A stretch of 50,954 bases of DNA from Candidatus Omnitrophota bacterium (GCA_030691625.1 JAUYDX010000034.1:1-50954); one strand, 5' to 3'. Shown: positions 1 through 8,452, counted from the first letter of the stretch. The notes: generated by a model not told the origin, from the sequence alone. Translations and numbers: made by a program.

Positions 1-371
1 TTTTCTTTGAACCCGAATAAAAAATTCTCGCCTGTTACCAGGACTTTAAGATTTAATCTGTCCACCAGGAGGCCCCTGATAAATTCTTCCGGGCTAAGCT
101 TTGAAAATCTCTTTGTGAATTTTTTCACAATGCAATAATCCACGCCCATTTTTTTAATCAACCTGACCCTGTGATCCAGGGACATTAAAAGCGGGATCCG
201 CGCGCCGGGCGAAAGGACCCTGACGGGATGCGGGTCAAATGTAACGACTACGCTTTTGAGGCTATTTTTCCGGGCTTCACCAAGGACTCTTTTTAAAATC
301 TTCTGATGGCCTTTATGGACGCCGTCAAATATGCCTATCGTAACTACTGTAGGATATGATATCTTTTTCAT
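1..371 (-). CDS. ribF: Riboflavin kinase/FAD synthetase, N-terminal part (runs off window)
   Basis: Manual translation from ATG 371 (or 377): MKKISYPTVVTIGIFDGVHKGHQKIL...VVVTFDPHP; GxFDGxHxGH motif; follows truB. Not in ORF track because it is truncated. Confidence 0.93.
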   Translation of the reverse strand, partial: MKKISYPTVVTIGIFDGVHKGHQKILKRVLGEARKNSLKSVVVTFDPHPVRVLSPGARIPLLMSLDHRVRLIKKMGVDYCIVKKFTKRFSKLSPEEFIRGLLVDRLNLKVLVTGENFLFGFKE

Positions 372-1020
372 CCGCATCTTCCATGTTCTTCGAGTTTTCC
401 AGCAAGAAATCCCCTGACGCGCTTCTTACCAGTCCTGACATGTGGCTCGGCACGCCGAGCGACCTGCCTATATCCTCGCACAGGGTCCTTACATAAGTGC
501 CCTTGGAGCATTTGACTTTAAAGGTAAGCTCCGGGAATTTAAAATCCAGTATCTCGATACTGGATATATTTATTTTACGCGGCTCTCTGTCTACAGTCTT
601 ACCCAGTCTCGCGAGCTGATAAAGTTTTTTGCCTTTATGTTTTATCGCGGATACCATCGGAGGGATCTGGTATATCTCTCCCCTGAAATCACTAAGCGCT
701 TTTTTTATATCCTCCATATCAATGCCCTGAATATCTTTTTCTTCAATAACCCTGCCTGAGGAATCCTGCGTATCTGTGGTTTTTCCGAAATATAACTTCG
801 CGATATACTCCTTGTCATCCTGGAGAAATGTATTTGAGAGTTTTGTGGCCTTGCCAAGAAGCATTACGAGGACCCCTGTTGCCATCGGATCCAGGGTACC
901 TGCGTGGCCAACGCGCTTTAGATTGAACCTTCTCCTGATAAAATTCACAACGTCGTGGGAGGTGATGCCTGCGGGCTTATTGACTATTAAAATTCCATCC
1001 AGATGCATTGCTGTTTCCAT
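325..1020 (-). CDS. truB: tRNA pseudouridine(55) synthase
   Basis: NKPAGITSHDVV, VGHAGTLDPMATG, CSKGTYVR motifs. Confidence 0.97.
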   Translation of the reverse strand: METAMHLDGILIVNKPAGITSHDVVNFIRRRFNLKRVGHAGTLDPMATGVLVMLLGKATKLSNTFLQDDKEYIAKLYFGKTTDTQDSSGRVIEEKDIQGIDMEDIKKALSDFRGEIYQIPPMVSAIKHKGKKLYQLARLGKTVDREPRKINISSIEILDFKFPELTFKVKCSKGTYVRTLCEDIGRSLGVPSHMSGLVRSASGDFLLENSKNMEDADEKDIISYSSYDRHI

Positions 1021-1032
1021 GCTTTCCCAAAA

Positions 1033-1110
1033 ACTTTACATCGAGACAATGACGCAATGTAAAGAAGTTCCCAAACAACTTGACGCGGAGACATTGTCTC
1101 TATGTAAAGT
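1033..1110. repeat. Family C, long form (78 bp, 19-bp terminal inverted repeats)
   Basis: ACTTTACATCGAGACAATG ... CATTGTCTCTATGTAAAGT (1 mismatch); near-identical copies at 3100 and 20664. Confidence 0.9.
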
Positions 1111-1115
1111 AGTTT

Positions 1116-2078
1116 TCATTGAAGGGCGCGCTTTGCCTGTTCTAATACCTTTTTTTCCACATCTTCCGGCTTACCGAATACGCTGCAGCCGCTCGCAGTG
1201 GGATGACCGCCGCCGCCGAATACGCCGGCGAGTTTATTCACATCCACTTTGCCTTTGGACCTGAAACTCACCTTCACTCTGTCCTCGGTGCCTGTTTCCC
1301 TGAAAAGGATCGCTATCTCCACCCCGTCTATTGACCTGGCAAAATTTATTATCCCTTCTGTGCCTTCAAGAGACGCCTTTGTCTTTTTAAGCATCTCTTT
1401 TGTGACCCAGAGCCAGCCGATCTTTCCGTCATCAGTGAGCTTCATCGTCTGTAGCGCCTCTCCCAGAAGATTTGTATCCTGGACACTGCTTGTCTCGTAA
1501 ATCTTAGTGTGTATTTCATGCGGCCTGATGCCGGATTCTATTAATTCCGCGATTATGCGATGGGTCTTTGAAGACGTATTGGAGTACCTGAAAGAGCCCG
1601 TGTCTGTCATTATGGCAGTGTATAAGGCGGCCGCCTCTTCAATATTTACTTTCACCTTAAACGCCTTAAAAAGGTCATAAACCATCTCTCCCGCGCTTGA
1701 TGTCTCAGGGTCCACCCAGTTAAATTTCCCGAAATTTACATTTGATATGTGATGATCTATATTTATTATCGCTGTTTCCTTTTTAATATATCCGCTCACC
1801 CTTCCTGTCCTGGCCATATCCGGGCAATCCAGTATAATAGCTGCCTGAAAATTAAAATTATTCGGCATCTCCTTGAAAATCTCTTCGCTTCCGGAGAGAA
1901 ATCTCATAACCTGGGGCACAGGGCTGTCATCAAGCATAATAGCCTCTTTCCCCATCCTCTTCAATAAAGAGGCCATCGCTATCTGGCTCCCTATAGAATC
2001 CCCTTCTGGATTTATATGGCTCGTTATCAGAAATTTATTAAATTTCTTTATCGCCTGCTTTACTGTTCTCACGCTCAT
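1116..2078 (-). CDS. nrnA: DHH/DHHA1 oligoribonuclease/PAP phosphatase
   Basis: HINPEGDSIGS, IDHH, TDTGSF, GGGGHPTASG motifs; typical position between rbfA and truB; start chosen at MSVRT. Confidence 0.92.
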   Translation of the reverse strand: MSVRTVKQAIKKFNKFLITSHINPEGDSIGSQIAMASLLKRMGKEAIMLDDSPVPQVMRFLSGSEEIFKEMPNNFNFQAAIILDCPDMARTGRVSGYIKKETAIINIDHHISNVNFGKFNWVDPETSSAGEMVYDLFKAFKVKVNIEEAAALYTAIMTDTGSFRYSNTSSKTHRIIAELIESGIRPHEIHTKIYETSSVQDTNLLGEALQTMKLTDDGKIGWLWVTKEMLKKTKASLEGTEGIINFARSIDGVEIAILFRETGTEDRVKVSFRSKGKVDVNKLAGVFGGGGHPTASGCSVFGKPEDVEKKVLEQAKRALQ

Positions 2079-2412
2079 ACCGTATCCTTTCAAATGTCTT
2101 TTCCAGGTTTATGCTGTACTCTATAGAATTGTCCAGCTTGAAATAAAGTTCAGGCACATACCTCAGGTCCATCCTTTCCGCAATAAGTTTTCTTATAAAG
2201 CCCACGGAACTTTTAATGCCTTTCAGGCTTTCTTCTTTCGCCTTATCGTCGCCCATGATACTGAAATATATCCTGGCGTATCTCAGGTCTCCTGTGAGAT
2301 CGATCCTGGTAATAGTGGTAAAACCTATGCGCGGATCCTTAATGTCTTCCTGCAATATCTTTGAGATCTCTTTCTTTAACTGCTCCTCGACTCTCTCCGA
2401 TCGTATTCCCAT
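2038..2412 (-). CDS. rbfA: 30S ribosome-binding factor A
   Basis: RSERVEEQLKKEIS, DPRIG, DLRYARIY, RYVPELYF; GGAG Shine-Dalgarno before ATG 2412. Confidence 0.95.
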   Translation of the reverse strand: MGIRSERVEEQLKKEISKILQEDIKDPRIGFTTITRIDLTGDLRYARIYFSIMGDDKAKEESLKGIKSSVGFIRKLIAERMDLRYVPELYFKLDNSIEYSINLEKTFERIRYERENSKAGDKEI

Positions 2413-2423
2413 CTCATCTCCTT

Positions 2424-3083
2424 TTATATTAATTTTCCAAACGCCTTTAAGCACTTCCCCGGATCTTTTTCTTTCAAAAACAATTCTATCTCTTTCTTGA
2501 TCCTGCCTTTATTCACCTCTCCTAAAAATCCTCCCAATAGCGCCTCCTTAATAAGCTTTTTTGTATGCGGCTCTATCTTGAATCCGAACCTCACCGAGAA
2601 TCTCACTGCCCTGAAAATCCTGGTAGGGTCATCCATAAAACTTTTATCGTGAAGCGCCCTGATTACTCTCCTTTTCAGATCCTTCTCGCCGCCGTAGAAA
2701 TCCACCAGTTTTCCAAAATTTTTCTTATTTAAGGCCATGGCCATCGCGTTTATTGTAAAATCCCTTCTGAAAAGATCGTCTTTTATAGTGCCGGTTGTCA
2801 CATCAGGATACGCCGCAGGATGTTTATATGATTCTTTCCTGGCAGTTACGATATCTACCCTTTTTCCTTTAAGCTGGATAGTGGCTGTGCCAAATGCCCT
2901 GTACGCGGTTAATCTGCCTTTTAATTTTTTGTTCAATATTTCCGCGAAACTAATGCCGCTGCCCTCTATCACAAAATCCAGGTCGCAGTTAGCTCTGCCG
3001 AGCAGTTTATCCCTTACGGGCCCGCCCACTAAATACGCGCCTACACCCATTTCATCCGCTATCTTCCCAACCGTCTTTATCAT
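2424..3083 (-). CDS. Short class II tRNA nucleotidyltransferase/poly(A) polymerase family protein
   Basis: VGGPVRD, DLD, DDLFRRDFTINAMA, DDPTRIFRAVRF; only 219 aa. Confidence 0.9.
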   Translation of the reverse strand: MIKTVGKIADEMGVGAYLVGGPVRDKLLGRANCDLDFVIEGSGISFAEILNKKLKGRLTAYRAFGTATIQLKGKRVDIVTARKESYKHPAAYPDVTTGTIKDDLFRRDFTINAMAMALNKKNFGKLVDFYGGEKDLKRRVIRALHDKSFMDDPTRIFRAVRFSVRFGFKIEPHTKKLIKEALLGGFLGEVNKGRIKKEIELFLKEKDPGKCLKAFGKLI

Positions 3084-3099
3084 CCCTATCCCCCAACTT

Positions 3100-3180
3100 C
3101 TTTACAGTGAGACAATGACGCAATGTAAAGAAGCTCCCAAACAACTTGACATGGAGACATTGTCTCAATGTAAAGTTGTT
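3100..3180. repeat. Family C, long form
   Basis: CTTTACAGTGAGACAATGACGCAATGTAAAGAAGCTCCCAAACAACTTGACATGGAGACATTGTCTCAATGTAAAGTTGTT; overlaps last codons and stop of the 3165 gene. Confidence 0.9.
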
Positions 3181-4325
3181 ATGAATTCTGCTATGTTCCT
3201 GGCTGCGTCAGGATACGCCAGAAGTTTTATCCTGGCCTTTATACCGAATATCTTTTCAGGGCAGGTTATGAATTCCTCTATGAAGCCGCAGACCTCTTTC
3301 GCGCTGTTCGCCTTTACTGCGGTGCCATAACCTGTCAGGATCTCGCAATTCCTTGTTTCCTGGCCCAGTATAGGCTGGACTATGATCATGGGCAATGTCT
3401 TTGAAAGCGCCTCTGTTATGGTAAGCCCGCCCGGCTTTGTGACTATTACGTCGCTCGCCTCCATAAATTCATCGACATTGTTCATGTAACCAAAGACCTT
3501 TAACCTCACCCCCTCACCCTTCCCTCTCCCCTTCGGGGAGAGGGTTAGGGTGAGGGAATTTCTCTTTAATTCATTAGCCAGTTTTTCGTTTTTGCCGCAT
3601 ATCGCGACCATCTGGATCCTGTCTTTTATTGCCAGAGGCATCTGGTTGATCCCGGTGATTATCTCTTTCATAGGCCCTGTGCCGAATCCGCCGCTCATTA
3701 CCAGGACATTGAAAAATCCCGGCTCGATGCCGAGCTTCTGTATCATCGCGTCCCTGCCTTTAGAAACGCTGAATACAGGATCACATGGGATTCCCAGTAT
3801 CCTTATCTTATCTTCTGGTATGCCGCGTTTTAAAAGATCTTTTTTTGTCCTCTGTATCGCGCCTGTAAAATAATCTGACGAGCGGGCCAGCCAGAAAGAA
3901 TGGCTTATAAAATCAGTCACCACTGTAACCAGCTTTCCTTTAAAATCCCCTCTGTCCTTCATCCAGGAAATAATCTCGCTCGGCACAAAATGCGTGGAAA
4001 CCACCACGTCTGGTTTTTCAGCCTTTATAAAATCTATAAATTTTCCGCAATTCCACCTGTGCAATGCCCTTCTCACAGGCGCCATAAAAAAATCAATGAC
4101 CCTGGCGTCAAGCATGTAATAAAAAATGCCCCAGAGCGTGGGAGTTCTATTTATAAGGAATAAATATACATTCGGGTACGAGGCCTTAAAAAATGGATTC
4201 GCGTAATCCAGGACATCCACACACTTCGCCTGGATGCCAGGAATGCCGGCCAGGGCCTTTTCTATTGCCATGGCAGCCTTCTTGTGCCCCACTCCCGCGT
4301 ACGCGTATGTAATAAGTATCTTCAT
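3165..4325 (-). CDS. MGDG synthase/UgtP-like diacylglycerol glycosyltransferase (GT28)
   Basis: GVGHKKAA, VVTDF, SDVIVTKPGGLTITEA, PILGQETRN motifs. Confidence 0.85.
   Translation of the reverse strand: MKILITYAYAGVGHKKAAMAIEKALAGIPGIQAKCVDVLDYANPFFKASYPNVYLFLINRTPTLWGIFYYMLDARVIDFFMAPVRRALHRWNCGKFIDFIKAEKPDVVVSTHFVPSEIISWMKDRGDFKGKLVTVVTDFISHSFWLARSSDYFTGAIQRTKKDLLKRGIPEDKIRILGIPCDPVFSVSKGRDAMIQKLGIEPGFFNVLVMSGGFGTGPMKEIITGINQMPLAIKDRIQMVAICGKNEKLANELKRNSLTLTLSPKGRGKGEGVRLKVFGYMNNVDEFMEASDVIVTKPGGLTITEALSKTLPMIIVQPILGQETRNCEILTGYGTAVKANSAKEVCGFIEEFITCPEKIFGIKARIKLLAYPDAARNIAEFITTLH
3511..3556. repeat. Family D palindrome inserted in frame in the GT28 gene
   Basis: CCCTCACCCTTCCCTCTCCCC-TTC-GGGGAGAGGGTTAGGGTGAGGG; encodes SLTLTLSPKGRGKGEG. 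Confidence 0.85.
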
Positions 4326-4333
4326 ATCTTTAA

Positions 4334-4429
4334 CTTCTCGACTCTGCTACCGTAACCTGCTCTCGTGACCGCTCGAAGAATATTGTTCGAGCGGTCACTG
4401 GAACGCTCCGCGAGAACAAAGTCGAGAAC
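4334..4429. repeat. Family A doublet (reverse unit 4334-4378 + forward unit 4385-4429)
   Basis: CTTCTCGACT-N25-CCGCTCGAAG then GTTCGAGCGG-N25-AGTCGAGAAC. Confidence 0.93.
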
Positions 4430-4430
4430 A

Positions 4431-4598
4431 TTAAAATAGGGTGTAAATGAACGGCGCTACGGCTGACGACTGGGTAAAAAATATCAATAAGCCGAAAAGT
4501 AAAAGCACCGCCACTATAGGAATCATCCACCAGAGTTTTCTTGCCCATAAAAATCTGAAAAGTTCGCCTATTATCTTGAATCTTCCTTTAATACCCAT
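4431..4598 (-). CDS. 55-aa DUF5989/SxtK-like small membrane protein
   Basis: Manual translation MGIKGRFKIIGELFRFLWARKLWWMIPIVAVLLLFGLLIFFTQSSAVAPFIYTLF; RKxWWxxP and APFIYTLF signature; below ORF-track length cutoff. Confidence 0.88.
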   Translation of the reverse strand: MGIKGRFKIIGELFRFLWARKLWWMIPIVAVLLLFGLLIFFTQSSAVAPFIYTLF

Positions 4599-5122
4599 TC
4601 CACAGCCTCCGTCAGGTCTTTTTTTATAAAATCAGGTTTATGCTGCCATTTTTTCGCGTCCTTAGGGTCTTCTTTACCGGTAAGAAGCAGGATAGTTTTA
4701 CATCCCATATTTTTCCCAGCCCCCACATCCAGCCTGGAGTCCCCTATAAAATATGCCTTTTTAAAATCTATATCCATGCCCTTAGTGACCTTTTTTATCT
4801 GGCCTGTATTGGGTTTCCTGCAATCGCATCCTGCGTCGCTCGCGTGAGTGCAATAAGAAACTGACCTGATCTTCCCGCCTTTTGCCTCTATTTCTTTAAG
4901 CATGTTTACGGTAATCTCATCCAGCGACCCCTGCGAGTAAAGCCCCTTAGCCACGCCTGCCTGGTTTGATATCACGAATATCTCGTAGCCGTTTTTATTA
5001 AGGAGTTTTATAGCGTCTATCGCGCCAGGCATAAACTCAAACTCTGCCCAGGATTTTATATAATCCCCAAACCCCGGATCCCTATTGATCACGCCGTCTC
5101 TATCCAAAAATATCGCTTTCAT
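4571..5122 (-). CDS. gmhB: D-glycero-D-manno-heptose 1,7-bisphosphate phosphatase (HAD IIIA)
   Basis: FLDRDGVIN, ISNQAG, CxH..CDCRKP, IGDS; start may be 5137. Confidence 0.9.
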   Translation of the reverse strand: MKAIFLDRDGVINRDPGFGDYIKSWAEFEFMPGAIDAIKLLNKNGYEIFVISNQAGVAKGLYSQGSLDEITVNMLKEIEAKGGKIRSVSYCTHASDAGCDCRKPNTGQIKKVTKGMDIDFKKAYFIGDSRLDVGAGKNMGCKTILLLTGKEDPKDAKKWQHKPDFIKKDLTEAVEWVLKEDSR

Positions 5123-5144
5123 CCCGTGTTTCCCCATTTCGCCC

Positions 5145-5187
5145 AAAAAACCCTACAAAGTGACATTGTCAGTTTGTAGGGTTTTTT
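5145..5187. repeat. Family C-like palindrome containing the stop of the 5169 gene
   Basis: AAAAAACCCTACAAAG-TGACATTGTCA-GTTTGTAGGGTTTTTT; same GACATTGTC core as family C but different arms. Confidence 0.75.
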
Positions 5188-5930
5188 TGTTTTTTTAGCT
5201 CCCAGTATTTTGCGTAGCTGAAAATCTGATACAACGCGCCGTTCAGGGCCACCACAAACCCCACCATGCCGTCTTTATAGCCTTTTTTTCTGACATACGC
5301 CCTGAAAAACCTGTCAATTGTCTTCCAGGATATTGTCCAGAAACCTATCTTCCTTTTTTCGTCAAACCATTTCTGTGCCTCAAGGGTAGTCTGGCCATTG
5401 AGCCCCCTGAAAAGCTCCGCGAAATCATCATAGCCCTTATGAATAATATCGCTATTCAGCCTGCCGCACCTTCCCTTGTAAAAAACCCTTGGGTGCACGC
5501 CGACTTCCTCATACTTAAATTCTGATTTTTTGAACAATCTATCCTTGCGGCCAGGATACCACCCGCCGTATTTCACCCAGTAATTGCCTATATATGTCCT
5601 GAGGGGGATATTATAAACCACAAATTCATCTGATTCTATTGCGGCGCTTATCTCATTTTTTAATTCAGGCGTCACCTCTTCATCAGCGTCCAGGCTCAAC
5701 ACCCATTCATTTCTCGCCCTCTGGTACGCCCAGTTCCTGTGCGCGCCTTCTATATCCATGTGGCGCTGAAAAACCGCGGCGCCATTGGACTTAGCTATCT
5801 CCACAGTCCTGTCAGAGCTGAAATCATCCACCACTATGTGCTCATCTGCCCAGCCCTTGGCGCTAGCAATGCACGCGGCTATATTCTGCTCCTCATTTCT
5901 CGCTATGGTAACCACTGAAATCTTCTTCAT
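5169..5930 (-). CDS. GT2 glycosyltransferase (WaaE/KdtX-like)
   Basis: ARNEEQNI, VDDFSSDRT, LDADE, GYKDG motifs. Confidence 0.88.
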   Translation of the reverse strand: MKKISVVTIARNEEQNIAACIASAKGWADEHIVVDDFSSDRTVEIAKSNGAAVFQRHMDIEGAHRNWAYQRARNEWVLSLDADEEVTPELKNEISAAIESDEFVVYNIPLRTYIGNYWVKYGGWYPGRKDRLFKKSEFKYEEVGVHPRVFYKGRCGRLNSDIIHKGYDDFAELFRGLNGQTTLEAQKWFDEKRKIGFWTISWKTIDRFFRAYVRKKGYKDGMVGFVVALNGALYQIFSYAKYWELKKQKNPTN

Positions 5931-5945
5931 CACGCCCTTCTCTCC

Positions 5946-5990
5946 AAACAACTTGACACTACTAACATTGTCATAAGTGTAAAGTTGTTT
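5946..5990. repeat. Family C, short form
   Basis: AAACAACTTGACACTACTAACATTGTCATAAGTGTAAAGTTGTTT; supplies the C-terminus QTTLHL* of the 5971 gene. Confidence 0.9.
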
Positions 5991-7791
5991 GTTTTTTCAG
6001 AATGTAGTATTCGCCGAACATAGCGCTTATTTTAAAGTTATCGCGCATGTACCTGAGGATTTTAAATGTCAATGGGTTCGCCTTATCATCAGTGTATTTA
6101 TCTAAACTATCCCAAAGGCCTTTCCCTGTTATTGCCAGTTTAATATTATACCTTACAATATCCTTTATTACATCATCTTGTTTATCAGGCCTGAAAAGGT
6201 CTGTGTGGAGTATATAATAAAAAGAGGCGTGCGCCCTGTCGGATAAAAAATAAAAAAGAGAGCTTTTATACGTGTCGAATATCTTTTCTCCCGGAGACGT
6301 ATTGGATTCTATGTACCTGACAATGCCTTCTATGGTTTCCTTGTCTTTTTCTGTCACCAATATGCCGCTGGCCCGCGGAAGCTTAAGCTCCGAACGCATG
6401 TTTACAATAGGCGGGAATATTGACCTGAAGCCCTCATTTTTAAACGCGGTAAAAAATCCGAAATAACTGACAAATACCAGCGGAAATACGCAGACCGTAA
6501 GGCTGGCGTACCTGGCGGCAGATAGCGCGTCCTTATTTTTCCTGACAAGCCTCTGCTTTAACCTCTGGACAGCTTCGTAACACACAAATGATAGAAGCAT
6601 ATACGCTGGCGGCATGCCCAGTACCAGATGAAGATGGTCCCTGGATATGCACAGAGACGCCCAGATATAAAAAATAGAGAAAAGCGTGATAAAAATAAAG
6701 CCCTTGTCCTCTTTAGCGATATATCTTTCCTGAAACAGCTTTCTCGCAATAACGAATATGCTGAAGACTACAGCCAGCATTGCCAGGTTAAAAAATCCAT
6801 TCACAGCTCCCATCTTTACGCGATCCAATAGGTAAATATTGTCCACATTATTTACCTGGATCACAAAAATAGCCATTAAGGCAATAATAGCGCTGATAAT
6901 ACTCAGCGATAAAAATAGAAACACCTTCTTCCTTCTGGCATTGCCCCAGTAATAATTATAAAAAAGCCAGGCGAGCAGGAAAAACACAGCTAAAATAACA
7001 ACGCTCGCGGATTTAACATGCGGAAAAGGATTAAATATCATGCGGCCTTTGGCAGAAAGCGCGGCAAACCCGAATACGTAATATAAAAATTCTGTTAGCG
7101 CTCCTTTCGCGGCGAAATAAGCGGTACATGACCCCATTACAGCCAGTATCCCTGTAATAAATACAGACTGTTTCCTTAAGATCTCCGCGGGCTTTTCTCT
7201 TTTCTCCTTACCGGAAAATACAAGACTGACAAATAAAAACGCCAGGTACGATCCCAGGCACGCCATGCCTAAATTTTGCTTTATTAAAAAAGCCGCGCCG
7301 CAGAATAGGCCTGTAAAAAATAAATGCGCGTAATTCCCTGAGCCAAGATATTTAAGATAAAAATATAAAAACGCCAAACCCATTGCCAGGCCATACCAGC
7401 CGTACCACGGGTGCCTTATCTGCGGAACGCCCCAGAAAATGAATAAAACTCCTGATATGGCCGCGAAATAATCCGAACGCGTTATGTTCCTGGAGATCCT
7501 GTAGAGAAGCCATGTAATCAAGAGGCCTAAAAATACTACTGTCATCCTTCCCGCCATTACAGTAGGCGCGAAGGCCTTGAATACAAGCGCCTGCAGATAA
7601 AAAGACCCCGGCGTGACATGTAATATAAAATCCTTATAAGGCGTAAACCCTTTCAGGATTAAATTTGACACATAAAGATGAAAACCCTCGTCATCAATAT
7701 CTATCCCATACCGCGAGAAAAATAAAAAATACGCGGCGGCGAACACTAGCAATAAAACCTCAATCTTATGTCTTAGGATAAATCTAATCAT
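5971..7791 (-). CDS. Multi-pass membrane protein, ArnT/PMT (GT-C)-like
   Basis: DDEG after TM1, PYKDF, IKQN, many hydrophobic segments; start moved to MIRFIL because the ORF-track extension lies in family A repeats. Confidence 0.65.
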   Translation of the reverse strand: MIRFILRHKIEVLLLVFAAAYFLFFSRYGIDIDDEGFHLYVSNLILKGFTPYKDFILHVTPGSFYLQALVFKAFAPTVMAGRMTVVFLGLLITWLLYRISRNITRSDYFAAISGVLFIFWGVPQIRHPWYGWYGLAMGLAFLYFYLKYLGSGNYAHLFFTGLFCGAAFLIKQNLGMACLGSYLAFLFVSLVFSGKEKREKPAEILRKQSVFITGILAVMGSCTAYFAAKGALTEFLYYVFGFAALSAKGRMIFNPFPHVKSASVVILAVFFLLAWLFYNYYWGNARRKKVFLFLSLSIISAIIALMAIFVIQVNNVDNIYLLDRVKMGAVNGFFNLAMLAVVFSIFVIARKLFQERYIAKEDKGFIFITLFSIFYIWASLCISRDHLHLVLGMPPAYMLLSFVCYEAVQRLKQRLVRKNKDALSAARYASLTVCVFPLVFVSYFGFFTAFKNEGFRSIFPPIVNMRSELKLPRASGILVTEKDKETIEGIVRYIESNTSPGEKIFDTYKSSLFYFLSDRAHASFYYILHTDLFRPDKQDDVIKDIVRYNIKLAITGKGLWDSLDKYTDDKANPLTFKILRYMRDNFKISAMFGEYYILKKQTTLHL

Positions 7792-7799
7792 AGGCCTCG

Positions 7800-8062
7800 T
7801 AATACTGTTCGAGCGGACGCAGTGACCATCTGCAGGCACCCTTGTATTGTTCGAGCGGACATAGTGACAATGCATGCAAGCCCAGTCGAGAACTTCTCGA
7901 CTCCGCTCCCGTGATAAGCTCTCCTGACCGCTCGAAGAATATTAGTTGATCATGTTTCAGGCTCTGCTAATACTGTTCGAGCGGACGCAGTGACCATCTG
8001 CAGGCACCCTTGTATTGTTCGAGCGGACATAGTGACAATGCATGCAAGCCCAGTCGAGAACT
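7800..8062. repeat. Family A cluster downstream of GIY-YIG gene, including a 95-bp perfect direct repeat
   Basis: 7800-7894 is identical to 7968-8062; full units at 7849-7893, 7893-7937 (reverse), 8017-8061; truncated units at 7807 and 7975. Confidence 0.93.
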
Positions 8063-8333
8063 ACCATTCACTTTTCCACTCTCCGCTTATCAGTTTTTCT
8101 TTCTTCTCCTTATTCCAATCTTTAACCTGCTTTTCCCTTCTTCTCGCAACCTCTAAGTCAGTATGCTCCTCTATATAAGCGATTCTTTTTACGCCGTGTT
8201 TTGCTGTATATCTGCCGCCAAGTCCTGAAACATGCTGGTCATATCTAAGCTCTGGCTTCCAGGTCATACCAGTGTAATAAGTACCGTCTTTGCATTCTAT
8301 TATGTATACATACCATTTCCAGTTGTCTTTCAT
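8061..8333 (-). CDS. Stand-alone GIY-YIG nuclease (UPF0213/YazA/YhbQ-like), 90 aa
   Basis: WYVYIIECKDGTYYTGMT, RYDQH..G.GGRYT, A..REKQVKDW..EKKEKLI. Confidence 0.92.
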   Translation of the reverse strand: MKDNWKWYVYIIECKDGTYYTGMTWKPELRYDQHVSGLGGRYTAKHGVKRIAYIEEHTDLEVARRREKQVKDWNKEKKEKLISGEWKSEW

Positions 8334-8343
8334 AACATTCTAA

Positions 8344-8434
8344 CTTCTCGACTCTGCTCCCGTAACATGCTCCCGTGACCGCTCGAAGGATATTATTTCC
8401 CGTAACATGCTCCCGTGACCGCTCGAAGGATATT
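8344..8434. repeat. Family A reverse unit upstream of GIY-YIG gene plus 37-bp tandem duplication
   Basis: Unit 8344-8388; TCCCGTAACATGCTCCCGTGACCGCTCGAAGGATATT at 8358-8394 and 8398-8434. Confidence 0.92.
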
Positions 8435-8452
8435 GGCAGGGCCGCGGGCATA

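Noticed and set aside
7800-8434. CRISPR array or guide-RNA array next to a nuclease
   Set aside because: Units occur in both orientations, are dispersed, and their 25-nt interiors are related to one another or duplicated rather than unique; no cas genes. A guide role is not supported, though only small-RNA data would exclude it.
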